The notes beneath the pieces are model-generated. The model saw only the letters and a program-made list of their open reading frames with translations. It searched no databases and was not told the origin of the DNA. From an uncultured Verrucomicrobiae bacterium (GTDB taxonomy: Bacteria; Verrucomicrobiota; Verrucomicrobiia; Chthoniobacterales; Chthoniobacteraceae): a stretch of DNA of 64,000 nt. The number at the start of each line of letters is the position of its first letter. Within the stretch, counting starts at the first letter, position 1. Below, piece after piece: positions 1-10,494 of the stretch. The position numbers were made by a program, and so were the translations under genes. The stretch covers positions 384,001 to 448,000 of the forward strand of contig CAWIKF010000002.1 of NCBI GenBank assembly GCA_963836755.1, written 5' to 3'.

Positions 1-1
1 G

Positions 2-2092
2 GCAAAGCCACGGGCCCAGATTGCCCTGGCGGATAGTTCGCTGAGAGTGTTCAACCAACGCGGTTGTGTTTCAGTGCGGGATTGGACGGTGTGCGGCGTC
101 AAGTTGGTGCGCTTTCCTCCCATCAATCTTGTAGATTACCGTTTTGGCCTTTCCTTTCGCGAGCGGACCACCGGCACGCTGATTGTGGACAATCAGGATG
201 AGTATCAAGACCCGCTTTACCTCAACCAGCGAGAGAAGGATCCTGATCTCCTGATTAGCCAGGATGCGACGTGGCAACCGAACCTTTACACCCGCACGGG
301 CACCTATCATCGGTATTATAAAGACCAGCTGATTTCCTTCGGCGTCACCTCAAAGTTAAGCGTTTCCGCCGAGGCCGATGAAATATATCTGGCGGTGGAC
401 GTGACCAATCGTGGTGCGGAGACGCTCGACCTGACAGTGATGCCCGACCAAGTCAAAGCGACGAATACCCGTCCTGACGTCGTGCTCTCTCCTCTCGCCG
501 GAACTTTGCAACCGAAGCAGCCGGCGGCGGGCATCCGTCCGCCCGTTTTTACCTATCGCGACAAGGGCTGGCAGGTTGCCGCCGCCAGCGATCTGCCGCT
601 GGCAGGCGACGCTGGGTGGGATTTGGAAATCCCGGCGAATAGCCACAAGCTTTTCCGCCTGGTGCTGTCACTGGCGAAGGCATCTGATACCGTGCAACCG
701 CCCAGTCAGGCGTCTGATCTGGCCGCGCGCATTGAGCGCGGGCAACAGGCTACCCGCGAGGAATTGACTTGGGCCGCCGAGCGCCTGCCGCAGATTTACA
801 CCAACTCCAAGGCACTGGACGAGTTTTACCGACGCTCGGAGCTGACCCTGCTGATGTGTCGATTGAAGCGTCCCGATTATATCGTCACTCCCTTCTATGA
901 CTACGGCAAATTGGATGGGGCTTCTGTGCTCTGGGACTTGTCGTTTGCCTCGCCCACCATCGCCCTGCTGGAACCCGAGGCGCTCAAAGGCATGGTGCAA
1001 GCACATCTGAAATCGGGGATTTTCAATGCGACTTATACCAATTGGCAAGGCAGGGGCCACGGCTGGTATGCGCAGAGCCCTTTTGCCCTTTTAAAGATCG
1101 TCAATGACTATCTCGCTCAGACCGGCGACACCAAATGGCTGGATGAAACCACTCCGGGCCAGCCTTCGCTTTATGAGCAACTTTGTTACGTCGGCACGCA
1201 ATTTCATAAACGCTACGCACGGAGCGACGGCCTGATCGACATCGGTAGCAACACCACTGACATGTTGGAAATTCGCACCAGCGATTACTATCACGTGCTC
1301 CCCGCGATCAACGGCCTGGCCAGCGATTACTATCGCCAAATGGCCGGATGGGCCGAGACCCGCCACGACCCGCGCGCGACCGACTTCAAGCAGTGGAGCC
1401 AACAACTTGCGGACGGAGTGCAGACCAAGATGTGGGATCAGCCGGCAGGATGGTTTGTGGGCCTTTTCCCCGACAACTCCCGGCATCTGGTGATGAGCTA
1501 TCATCTGTTCGATCTTTTGGACTGCACCTCCATCCGCGCGGACCAGCGTCAGGCCTTGGTGGAGCATTTAAAGAAGGGTGACTTTAGCGACACCTTCGGG
1601 CTGCACTCCATCGCGCCTTCCGACCGCATTCACTACGACCGAGAAGACTGCGACTGGGGCGGCGGCGGACAATACATTGGAATGAGCGCGCGGATTATCG
1701 AGTCGCTCTACCGACTGGGCGAACGCGCCACCGCGTGGGACATCCTGAAACGTTGCACGCGCTGGACCGAAGCGTTTCCGTATTGGCCGCAAACCGTTTA
1801 TGCCGACCAACTGGCCTTGCAGCCACATCAGATCGATTGGCCGCTGCAGCTTTCCGGCGGTGGCTGTGTGACCGCGGTGACAGCGGGCGTCTTTGGCATT
1901 CATCCGCAACTTGATGGCACCCTTGAGTTCGAGCCGAGCTGCGAACCGGAGTTAGGTGAGGCCCGTTTGAGCGGCTACCATTTTCGTGACAACACGTACG
2001 ATGTGGAGATGACAAAAAGCGGCTTCCGCGTTTATAAGAATGGCCATCTTGCGACTCAAGGACATCCCGGGGAGAAGGTGGAGTATCGGTGA
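2..2092 (+). CDS. Six-hairpin (alpha/alpha)6 glycoside hydrolase (MGH1/GH63-like), 5' end outside window
   Basis: Frame is open from base 2. It has LWDLSF, 'MWDQPAGWF', 'FGLHSIAP' and a GVFGIHP C-terminal segment typical of six-hairpin glycosidases. Exact GH family uncertain. Confidence 0.65.
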   Translation, partial: AKPRAQIALADSSLRVFNQRGCVSVRDWTVCGVKLVRFPPINLVDYRFGLSFRERTTGTLIVDNQDEYQDPLYLNQREKDPDLLISQDATWQPNLYTRTGTYHRYYKDQLISFGVTSKLSVSAEADEIYLAVDVTNRGAETLDLTVMPDQVKATNTRPDVVLSPLAGTLQPKQPAAGIRPPVFTYRDKGWQVAAASDLPLAGDAGWDLEIPANSHKLFRLVLSLAKASDTVQPPSQASDLAARIERGQQATREELTWAAERLPQIYTNSKALDEFYRRSELTLLMCRLKRPDYIVTPFYDYGKLDGASVLWDLSFASPTIALLEPEALKGMVQAHLKSGIFNATYTNWQGRGHGWYAQSPFALLKIVNDYLAQTGDTKWLDETTPGQPSLYEQLCYVGTQFHKRYARSDGLIDIGSNTTDMLEIRTSDYYHVLPAINGLASDYYRQMAGWAETRHDPRATDFKQWSQQLADGVQTKMWDQPAGWFVGLFPDNSRHLVMSYHLFDLLDCTSIRADQRQALVEHLKKGDFSDTFGLHSIAPSDRIHYDREDCDWGGGGQYIGMSARIIESLYRLGERATAWDILKRCTRWTEAFPYWPQTVYADQLALQPHQIDWPLQLSGGGCVTAVTAGVFGIHPQLDGTLEFEPSCEPELGEARLSGYHFRDNTYDVEMTKSGFRVYKNGHLATQGHPGEKVEYR

Positions 2093-2269
2093 AATTTCCA
2101 TGCCGCCACGAAGGAACATGCACAGCACCGGAATCGCCTCCATTCCCATAAATTGCCTCAGCTCCTCCTCCAGCTTGAACTTAAGCTCCCGTAAACGGAA
2201 GTAATCTAAGCGGCGGGCAACATCACGGAGACAATCGGGATGAGGAGATGTGTTTTCATGGCGTGCTTT

Positions 2270-2368
2270 GGTTATTGTCGATAGGTGAGCGGCTAGCAAC
2301 ACCTACCGTGAACTGCGACAGCGGAATTGACCGCGCCAACAGCGGGCTGGTCCAGTGACTTGTTAGAC
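2270..2368 (-). repeat. Degenerate integron attC-like site
   Basis: The minus strand reads GTCTAAC-AAGTCACTGGA...GTTGGCGCGGTCAATTCCGCTGTCGCAGTTCACG, 27 nt after the CPBP stop. RYYYAAC is present but the matching GTTRRRY is not. Confidence 0.45.
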
Positions 2369-2395
2369 CGCAACATCCGCCGCCTCTCTACGATA

Positions 2396-2962
2396 TTATG
2401 GGAGCCAGAACAGCAGGCAAAGTAAAACCAGGTAACTGGACATATTAACTGCGAGCGTATTAGCTAGACCAAATCTAAATCCAATAGACGGAGCCAAATC
2501 AAAATGAGTGAAATCTATCAACTCATGAGCAATAGCAAGAACCAATAACAAGGCCCCACAATATCGTGTCACGGCAAACAACAGCCCTACAAAAAGTGCA
2601 ATACCCGCCGATACCACATCAATGTGTATATGCATCAAACCAAAGAATACACTTCCGACGATAATCGCCACCGCCGGGCGATCTGGAAAATGTGCAAACC
2701 AAATGCCACGAAACCAGGGCTCCTCCGTAAAACCGACGAGACAAATAAAACAGATAATCTGGCCAAAGACAGCCAGGGGATTGATATGCCTCACCGACAA
2801 CGATCGCGTAGTGAAAACTGAGAAGTTAAGCGCAACCACTCCGGCAAAAACCAAAAGTGCGAACGGCCATCCTCGCAAGCTGAACAAGTCCACCCGGTCG
2901 CGATACTATCGCCAGACAAACAATAGGCCGCCTCCCATCATAAATAAGTTGCCCGTACAGTT
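2396..2962 (-). pseudogene. CPBP (CAAX/Abi) family intramembrane metalloprotease, 5'-truncated with in-frame stop
   Basis: Motifs EEPWFRG, FFGLMH and HELID. The frame continues upstream of 2893 through an in-frame TAG (LFVWR*YRDRV) and is cut at 2962. AT-rich. Confidence 0.75.
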
Positions 2963-3085
2963 GAACCCTTCTGTGTCTTGCGCCACGATCATATCGCTCT
3001 TTCCACCTCTGCCGCTCACAATGCCGTCAATTGCGGCTGCGCAATGTTGAGGCCGACGCGCCCCCAGCCACTTTGCCATTGCATT
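2963..3085 (+). repeat. 123-bp direct repeat, copy 1 (fragment of the TPR gene at 29408-30805)
   Basis: Matches 30642-30764 at 119/123 positions by direct comparison. Confidence 0.95.
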
Positions 3086-3300
3086 CCGTTCTTCCCCACG
3101 GGTTCGCCGGACACTGCCAATGCCGGTAGAGCCGGGTTTTGCGCCCGACGAGGGAACTGGACCCTATTCAGATTATTTCCAGTCGCCAAGCCCCGCCTTT
3201 GCTTGCATTTTCCAATTGCCTCAAGTGCTCACCAACTTGTTATTTCTCAAATTTAGCCATCACATGCCAAACCTCATGAATAAGAATAGGGCTGCCACCC

Positions 3301-3680
3301 TCACACCTTCATTACCTGTCGCAGCCGTTCCGCGGCTGTTGGTGCATAGTGGGAGCGGTTGTTGTTGAAGACAACATGGACTTGTTGCACCTGCTGACTT
3401 AGAGACTCCACCCGTTCCGCAACTTCATCTAACTCCCTTTCTGAATAATCATAATCAAAACGATCTGCCACGGTCTTTCCAGTAGTGTAAGCATGTTCGT
3501 CCCTGCCATGCAGACGAAGGTAGGCCAGTGACGGCGAGGTGATCACATCAAATGTCGGGATGATGGTGAAGTGTTCGCCTTTGGGCGCATCAACCATGAC
3601 AAGCGGAACTTTTCGCTCTTGAAACCAAGCGACCGTCGTATCGCGTTGTTCGCCAGTCATCCACTCTCGGTTGCGCGAAA
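3301..3680 (-). pseudogene. DUF72 domain protein, C-terminal fragment
   Basis: RNREW...YLRLHGR...RFDYDYS...VHVVFNNN...AP motifs; N-terminal half absent. Confidence 0.8.
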
Positions 3681-3880
3681 ATCATGAGACGCCGGCATGG
3701 CAAGACAGTTAAAGGGCTATCATTAGGGGGATGCATACAATCCATGTTTCTTTTGCCGAAGTCATCCCAATGGCTCCGCGCTTGGACGCTTGAGGGTGCG
3801 CATCCTACCCGTCGTAATGGACGGGAACTTAGCGCAAGCATAAGGATTCTCGATTAGTAACTATCCTATCTGAGCGCGGT

Positions 3881-6532
3881 ATGCCAAAGTTAGTCTTCAA
3901 ATTTCCTGCACATGAAGCAAGCCCAGCTGAAAAAATACCGGCCGCGATGAACGTGGTTGGTCAGACACATAAGTTCTTGGTGGCGATCGCCACATCGCTT
4001 TCTCTTTCAGTCCTCGCCCACGCGGCGCCCACACCGGCCGCGGCCCCCGCCCCGCGCTCGGCGACGACTATGCCCTTCAAGCCCGCACTGGCCGCTTTAC
4101 TGGCCTCCCACGGCGGCCCACAAAAACCCAGGCTAATCTTCCGCCCCTCGCCCCCACCCCCGCTTACGCCTTGGGAAGAATTGAAGACCTTCAAGCTGCC
4201 GCCCGGCTTCAAGATTGAATTGGTCGCCGCGGAGCCCTTGGTGCAGGCGCCCACGTCCATCAGCTTCGACGATCAGGATGCGATGTATGTCGTAGAAATG
4301 CGCGATTACATGAACGACATCGCCGATTCTGAAAAAGAAAGCCCAACCGGCCGCGTCTCTAAGCTCACCTCCAGCAAGGGTGATGGCGTCATGGACCGGT
4401 CCACCATCTTCGCGGACCATTTGGTCGAGCCGCGAGCGGTCATGGCATTCGGCGACGGAGCCCTGATCGGCGAGCCGCCAAACCTCTCATATTACCGCGA
4501 TACCAAGGGCGCCGGCGTAGCGGATACCATCGAAGTCATCGACACCGCATTCGGCACCCGCAACGGCCAGCCGGAGCACATGGCCAACCAACCGACATGG
4601 ATGCTTGATAACTGGATATGGTGTTGCAACCACTCCGTGCGCTACCGCTGGAGCCAGGGGAAATTTATTCCCGCCAGGACAGCCACCTTCGGCCAATGGG
4701 GCTTGAGCCAGGACGATTGGGGCCGGCTTTTTTTTAATTACAACAGCAACCTGCTCTTCAGTAATCCCGTGCCGCCTGAGGATTACCGCAACCCGCATAT
4801 CCGCCCGCAGCTCGGCGTAAACCAGGAGGTCATCCGCGACCAGACCGTCTGGCCCTCCCATCCTACGCCCGGTGTCAATCGCGGCTACGGGTCCCAAGTC
4901 TTGCGCACCGATGGGACGCTCGCGGCTACGACGGCCGCCTGCGGCCCCTGCATCTACCGCGGAGATCTCTTCCCGAAGGAGTATGAGGGGAACGCCTTCG
5001 TCCCTGAGCCAGCAGGCAACCTAGTAAAGCGGCTGGTGCTCACCGATTCCAACGGCTTGATCAGCGGCGTCAGCCCTTATCAGAAGATGGATTTCCTCAC
5101 CTCGACCGATGAGCGGTTTCGCCCGGTCAATACTTACACCGGCACGGACGGCGCGCTCTATATCGTCGATATGTATCGCGGAGTCATTCAGCACCAAGGA
5201 TTCCTCACCACCTATCTCGCCGAAAATATCGTGGATCGGAAACTTGAGGAACCGCTGAACTGCGGCCGCATCTTCCGGGTGGTGCCGGTGGGAGCGGTAG
5301 TGAAGCCGGTGAAATTGCCCATCGAGAATCCGTCCAGGATCGTTCCCTATCTCTGCCACCCGAACGGCTGGGTGCGTGATACCGCCCAGCGCCTGCTGGT
5401 GCAATACGGCGATAAATCGGTCGTCGATGCCATCGAGAAAATCGCGGCCGCCGGCCCGAGCACGCAGGCGAAGGTCCAGGCTCTCTGGACGCTCGAGGGG
5501 CTCGGCGCGGTCGACCCGCAATTTATGGCCGGCCGCCTTGCCGATCCTGAGCCGCAGGTGCGGATCGCGGTCATTCGCATCGCCGGCAGCGCCCTGCTGC
5601 CCGCTGTGGAAAAGATGGTGAACGATCCAGATCCCGAAGTGCGGATGCACGTAGCTTTTCTGCTGCCCCCCGGTTCCGAGACCGACGTTTTGCGGCTGGC
5701 ATTGCTCCGAAAGGGAGGAACGCCGCTGATTCTGGATGGAATCGCCTCCGGGCTTGCGGATCGGGAGCTGGTTTTTATGTCAGAGGTGTTGGAGGATAAA
5801 TCGCTGGATGGGTTGAACCACGGAATTCTGACCCGGCTCGCCACGTGCATTATGAACCACGGGAATCGCAGCCAGGTATCCGAACTGCTCAAGCTAACCG
5901 CATCGTTGCCAGATGGCAGCGAGAAGCTGGCCATCCTGCGCGGGATGACGCCAGTGCGGACCCGGCTGATCTACCTGACCGCGAAGCCCGCGCTCCTCAA
6001 TGCGCTCGCCTCCTCCTCCAACCCTGCTCTGAAGAAGCTGGCCACCAGTCTCAATGCCCGCCTTGCATGGCGGGGCAAGCCTGGCGTCCCGCCGCCTCCC
6101 GTGGTCGCGCCGCTTACGGCGGCCCAACAGGTGCTCTTTGATAAAGGCCGGAAGATTTACTCCGGCCTCTGCATCGCGTGCCACCAGCAGGGAGGGGACG
6201 GGCTCGCCGGGCTGGCGCCGCCGCTCGAAGGATCGGAGTGGGTGGAAGGCGCCGCAGACCGTCCCATCCGCATCGTGCTCAAGGGGCTCGTCGGTCCGGT
6301 GACCGTAGATGGCACCGAATGGAACCTCGAGATGCCCGCTCTCGCAATGCTCACCGATGACGATATCGCCTCGACGTTGACCTATGTGCGGCGGGCATGG
6401 GATAATACCGGCACGCCGATAACCGCGGAGCAGGTCACCGCGCTGCGCATCGCCCTCAAGAATCGCGTGCAGCCATGGACCGCGGCGGATCTTGGCGAGA
6501 GCCGGAAGAAGCAGGCCGAAAGCAGCAACTGA
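3881..6532 (+). CDS. PVC-type membrane-bound dehydrogenase-like protein with HEAT repeats and C-terminal cytochrome c
   Basis: FKLPPGFKIELVAAEPLV beta-propeller start, DERFRPV..GTDGALYIVDMY, HEAT-like region and CIACH heme motif. True start may be later. Confidence 0.85.
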   Translation: MPKLVFKFPAHEASPAEKIPAAMNVVGQTHKFLVAIATSLSLSVLAHAAPTPAAAPAPRSATTMPFKPALAALLASHGGPQKPRLIFRPSPPPPLTPWEELKTFKLPPGFKIELVAAEPLVQAPTSISFDDQDAMYVVEMRDYMNDIADSEKESPTGRVSKLTSSKGDGVMDRSTIFADHLVEPRAVMAFGDGALIGEPPNLSYYRDTKGAGVADTIEVIDTAFGTRNGQPEHMANQPTWMLDNWIWCCNHSVRYRWSQGKFIPARTATFGQWGLSQDDWGRLFFNYNSNLLFSNPVPPEDYRNPHIRPQLGVNQEVIRDQTVWPSHPTPGVNRGYGSQVLRTDGTLAATTAACGPCIYRGDLFPKEYEGNAFVPEPAGNLVKRLVLTDSNGLISGVSPYQKMDFLTSTDERFRPVNTYTGTDGALYIVDMYRGVIQHQGFLTTYLAENIVDRKLEEPLNCGRIFRVVPVGAVVKPVKLPIENPSRIVPYLCHPNGWVRDTAQRLLVQYGDKSVVDAIEKIAAAGPSTQAKVQALWTLEGLGAVDPQFMAGRLADPEPQVRIAVIRIAGSALLPAVEKMVNDPDPEVRMHVAFLLPPGSETDVLRLALLRKGGTPLILDGIASGLADRELVFMSEVLEDKSLDGLNHGILTRLATCIMNHGNRSQVSELLKLTASLPDGSEKLAILRGMTPVRTRLIYLTAKPALLNALASSSNPALKKLATSLNARLAWRGKPGVPPPPVVAPLTAAQQVLFDKGRKIYSGLCIACHQQGGDGLAGLAPPLEGSEWVEGAADRPIRIVLKGLVGPVTVDGTEWNLEMPALAMLTDDDIASTLTYVRRAWDNTGTPITAEQVTALRIALKNRVQPWTAADLGESRKKQAESSN

Positions 6533-6606
6533 TGGAGAATTTCCGGTTCGTCATCGCAGGCACCGGCGGCATCAGCGCCACCTATCTACGCACTGAGAAA
6601 GCTTAG
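6532..6606 (+). pseudogene. Gfo/Idh/MocA-like oxidoreductase N-terminal remnant (24 aa)
   Basis: ATG overlaps the upstream TGA. It encodes MENFRFVIAGTGGISATY (Rossmann GxGxI), then stops. Confidence 0.55.
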
Positions 6607-6962
6607 GCAACGGTGCCGTCGGCGTTGAGCGTGCTATACCAGAATGTTACAAAAAACGATCCGGGCGGACGACATAAACGCCCCTGCGCACGGATCCTTC
6701 TCACGCTTAAGCTGAGAACAACCCGAAAGGAACTTTTGAGAATCCCAAACTTTCATCGACTTGCTTCACTCTACGGACGCTGCGGACGGCTATTTCGCAC
6801 TCCTTTTAGAATTCTGAGTGAAGAGAGCAGCCGGATCGCCAGTTCGACATTCCCAAAGTAAGTCACTAAATAGCGTCCGTGGCTCTCCTTATAGCACTCG
6901 GTTAATCGTCTTTAGGGCATGGCGTGACGCACGGAGCCATTTAGCTGCATTCCATGGTTAGG

Positions 6963-7634
6963 TGTCATGTTTCAAGAGGTTGTCCGCACGGGGAAGGTCT
7001 GGCAGGCTGGTGGTGGATGAAAACTCAACCCTTAATCATTCCGCACGGACAACATGCACGCTAATGCCACTCTCACTCTTTAAGTCGAGCACAAATGGTG
7101 CGCGAGATCCTCACCTTGGGTTTGACTTTGCGGGCGGCGGCCGCCGCACGCAAGGTCAGTGAAAAGACGGTCCGCAAATGGCTGCGCCGCGCCAAAGACG
7201 AAGGCTTTAAGCCGCGTCTGGAGGACCGTTCCTCCCGCCCAAAACATCAGCCGCGCAAGACTCCCGCGCAGCTCGAGGAACAGATTCTCGCCTTTCGCCG
7301 CCAGCGCCGTTCCTACGCCCAGATCCTCATGGTTCTCCCTGTTTCAAAAGCCACGCTCTCCCGCGTGCTGCGCCGCCATCATCTCAACCGCCTCTCCTGC
7401 CTGGAACCTCCAAAACCTCCCGCTGTCCGCTACGAACGCGCAGCTCCCGGCGAGCTCCTTCACCTCGACATCAAGAAGCTGGGCCGCTTCGCAAAGCCAG
7501 GCGTTCGCGCCACCGGCGACCGTTCCCATCGCAACCCGGGCTCCGGCGTGGAGAGCCTGCACGTCGCCATCGATGATCACAGCCGCCTCGCTTTCGCCTG
7601 TCTGCTCCCTAAACGCGTATGGCAGCGTTCATAA
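6963..7634 (+). mobile_element. IS481-family element, partial (left end plus truncated transposase)
   Basis: Starts with TGT. MHANATLT/SRAQMV (frameshift near 7082), TVRKWLRR, LEDRSSRP, RYERAAPGELLHLDIKKLGR, HVAIDDHSRLAF. Similarity ends near 7610, so the DDE triad is incomplete and no right end is visible. Confidence 0.88.
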
Positions 7635-7643
7635 TCCCCTTGT

Positions 7644-10277
7644 CTATTCTAATCGAGCCCCCGACTTGATCAGCACCACCGCGTCGCGGTCGCCCAGGCT
7701 CACGCTGATTTTCTCCCCAGCCGCCGTCTGATGCACATAAAGCTGCGCCGGGACCAGGATGAGGGCATTGTCGCGCCAGACAAAGTTGCCCATCGGAACT
7801 TCCGTGAATCCTCCCTTGTCGGCAAACGCCGGTGGCGCTGCCATTTTGGTTGCCATGATATAAACCTTCCCCGGTTTGGTCATGGTAAAAGACAAGTTCG
7901 TGGATTGGTCCGGCTCGGGGGCTTCTGGCTTGACCCGCTTCGACGTATCGATTGGGTCCGGCTTGGTCACGCGGAGCTGGGCGATCCAGGCCGCGCCTTC
8001 GATCTGCGGCGGGATTGTGTTCCAGGAGTTGTCCGCCGTTCCATCGAGGTCGTAATAGAGCGGCCACTGGGCGTGCACGGGCATGTCCATGAAGTAGGCC
8101 GGGTTGTTCGCGTTGCTGCTGGCCAGGTTGGCGATCGGCAGCGTGGCATCGACCGGCGCGGGAGCGGTCGGCGAGCCGTAGTAGTAGATCGTGGCCGAGT
8201 CGCTGTTGCCCTTGTCGTCGGTCGCAGTCACGGTGTTTTTACCCGGATTGAGGGCCACTGGCCAGTAGAACACGTTGTCGACCTTCTCCGGCACGTAGGG
8301 CCGCGGCGGTGGGGGCGGTAGGGGCGGCTCGCCCTTCTTTGCCTTTTTCAAATCTACCTGGGTCAGGTAAGGGCCATTAGGGATGACGTAGTGTCCGTTA
8401 TCGAGCGTGGAAACCGTCTTCCCGTTCAGCATCAGCGTCACTTTCGGCGCATTGCTGTAGACCTTGATGCCGTTGTCCGCCGCGCCGCGCCGCAGGAAGT
8501 AACGCTTCGACGTGATCCAGACCGTCGGCTCATCGGGCCGCAGAAAGGTCCGGTAGAGATAGTAAACATCCTTCCTGTCACCGGCGTAGGTCTCGAGGCC
8601 CTTGGAGTTGATGCCCACGGGGGCCTTGTATTTGGCGTCGCTAAAATCCCGCAGGCACCAGACGCAGAACATGCCCAAGTGCGAATCGTCGCCACGAAAC
8701 GATTTCTGGAAGTTGTTCTCCGAGACGATCTGCTGGTATTCCTCCGGCTCGTATTTGCCAACCTTCCAATCGGCGTTGCCGTAGTCACAGTGCGTGGTGA
8801 CGAGGCCGCCGGCGCCAATCTCGGAAATAAATCCCAGCGGCCTGTAACCGTCCATGTCTTTGTGGTACCAGCCGTAGTAGCAGTGTGCCGTATGAAAATC
8901 GGCCAGCTCCGATTTTTGGTTGGCCACGCCCACCGGACGGGAGGGATCAAGCGCCTTGGCAATCGGCACGCATTGGTCTGCCACCTGCCCGTTGGATTCG
9001 TTGCCCATGCTCCACACGACGATCGAGGGATGGTTGTAGTTCTGCTTTACCATCTCCGTAACAATCTGCGCGGCGGTCGGGCCAACGATGTCCTTGCTGT
9101 TGCTGTGGCCGTCCTCGCACCAGGCGAGAATGCCGTCCTGATCGCAGAGCTCGTACTCCAACGCCGCGTGTGGGTAATGCGGGAAGCGCATAAAATTTAC
9201 TCCGAGATATTGCATGTCGTCGAAGTTCGCCTTCAGGTCTTCCGGCGAGACAGCCGAACCCTTTTCCTCGGTTTCCTGGTGAATGTCCGCTCCGTAAAGG
9301 ATGATCCCCTTCCCGTTCAGCGTCACGCTTCCGCCTGTCCAGTCCCAGTTCAACCAGCGGAACCCGGTCGCCTGCGTCAGTGCGTCCGTCACTTGGCCGT
9401 TCACGCACACGCTCGTCTCGATGTGGTAGAGCTTGCCCTGGTGCGCGCCCCAAAGCTGCGGCTGATTGATCGTGGTGTTCAGCTCCACCGTCGTGCGTCC
9501 ATTAGCGGCAATTTGCGCTGGGGTAGTCAGGGTAGAGACTTCCTTGCCATCGGGATCGATGATCTTCGCGCGAACCTCTGCCTGCGCAGTGGTTGCGGAT
9601 GTATTTCGCAGCAGCACGCGAACGTTCAGGTCGGCCGATTTATCGGAGACGTTTTTTGTGGTTAGATAGACGCCGGGCGCCGCGAAGTCGGTCGGATCAA
9701 TATGGACCTGCGAAGTCGTAACGAGCCAGACATTGCGATAGAGACCACCCCAGACTTTATAGAGCCCAGTAATGCTCCAAGGTAGACAGTCGGTCGTGTT
9801 AGCAGGTGTGTCGTCCACTAGCACCGCAAGCTCGTTGTCGCCGGGGTGCAGCGCCGCGGTGGCGTCGAAGATAAACCGCGTGTAGGCGCCGCGATGCTGG
9901 CCGAGATGCTGGCCGTTGACGTAGACATCGGCGATGCTCGCGGCACCCTCGAAGACGAGGTATTGCTCCTTGCCCTTCGCCGAGGGTTTGATGGTCACCT
10001 GCCGCTTATACCAGCCCTTGGTCAGCGTGTCGTAGGCCGTTCGCGTCTGGAAGTCGTGCGGCACCGATACTGGTGCCCAAGCCGCGGACTTGAAGCCGTC
10101 AGAGTCGACCTCCGGCAGCGGGTCTGTGGCGGCCGTGCCAACAAATTGCCAGTCGGGACCGTTGAGCAGTTGTATCTGCCGTGGTAGACTCGTATCGGCG
10201 CCAGCGTGACGAGGCAGGACGAAAAGCGCGGCCATAGCAAAAAGAAAACTGGCCAATCGGACGGAGGGTAGATTCAT
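7644..10277 (-). CDS. Glycoside hydrolase family 2 (beta-galactosidase-like), secreted
   Basis: Signal peptide, LVFEGA..VYVNG..HRGAYTRF, GGLYRNV, RFPHYPH, NHPSIVVWSMGNE, ISEIGAG. Confidence 0.92.
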   Translation of the reverse strand: MNLPSVRLASFLFAMAALFVLPRHAGADTSLPRQIQLLNGPDWQFVGTAATDPLPEVDSDGFKSAAWAPVSVPHDFQTRTAYDTLTKGWYKRQVTIKPSAKGKEQYLVFEGAASIADVYVNGQHLGQHRGAYTRFIFDATAALHPGDNELAVLVDDTPANTTDCLPWSITGLYKVWGGLYRNVWLVTTSQVHIDPTDFAAPGVYLTTKNVSDKSADLNVRVLLRNTSATTAQAEVRAKIIDPDGKEVSTLTTPAQIAANGRTTVELNTTINQPQLWGAHQGKLYHIETSVCVNGQVTDALTQATGFRWLNWDWTGGSVTLNGKGIILYGADIHQETEEKGSAVSPEDLKANFDDMQYLGVNFMRFPHYPHAALEYELCDQDGILAWCEDGHSNSKDIVGPTAAQIVTEMVKQNYNHPSIVVWSMGNESNGQVADQCVPIAKALDPSRPVGVANQKSELADFHTAHCYYGWYHKDMDGYRPLGFISEIGAGGLVTTHCDYGNADWKVGKYEPEEYQQIVSENNFQKSFRGDDSHLGMFCVWCLRDFSDAKYKAPVGINSKGLETYAGDRKDVYYLYRTFLRPDEPTVWITSKRYFLRRGAADNGIKVYSNAPKVTLMLNGKTVSTLDNGHYVIPNGPYLTQVDLKKAKKGEPPLPPPPPRPYVPEKVDNVFYWPVALNPGKNTVTATDDKGNSDSATIYYYGSPTAPAPVDATLPIANLASSNANNPAYFMDMPVHAQWPLYYDLDGTADNSWNTIPPQIEGAAWIAQLRVTKPDPIDTSKRVKPEAPEPDQSTNLSFTMTKPGKVYIMATKMAAPPAFADKGGFTEVPMGNFVWRDNALILVPAQLYVHQTAAGEKISVSLGDRDAVVLIKSGARLE

Positions 10278-10494
10278 GGAAGGGTGTGACGAATAAACCC
10301 ACAGGGAGGACCGTAGTTGCGTCCTCTTTTCCTTTGATGGCTAAGGCCCTCAATAGGATTTTACGCTTCCGACGGCGACTGGCTCTAAGGACCGTTCGGC
10401 CTCCACGCACGCGTCGCGTTCTATAATGCAAGGCAGCAGGCGAAGCCAGGCTCTCCCCAAACTCCAAAGGCATTCGAGATTGGAGACTCTCTTT

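Noticed and set aside
6613..6960. Possible ncRNA or small gene before IS481
   Set aside because: No recognisable structure or protein motif.
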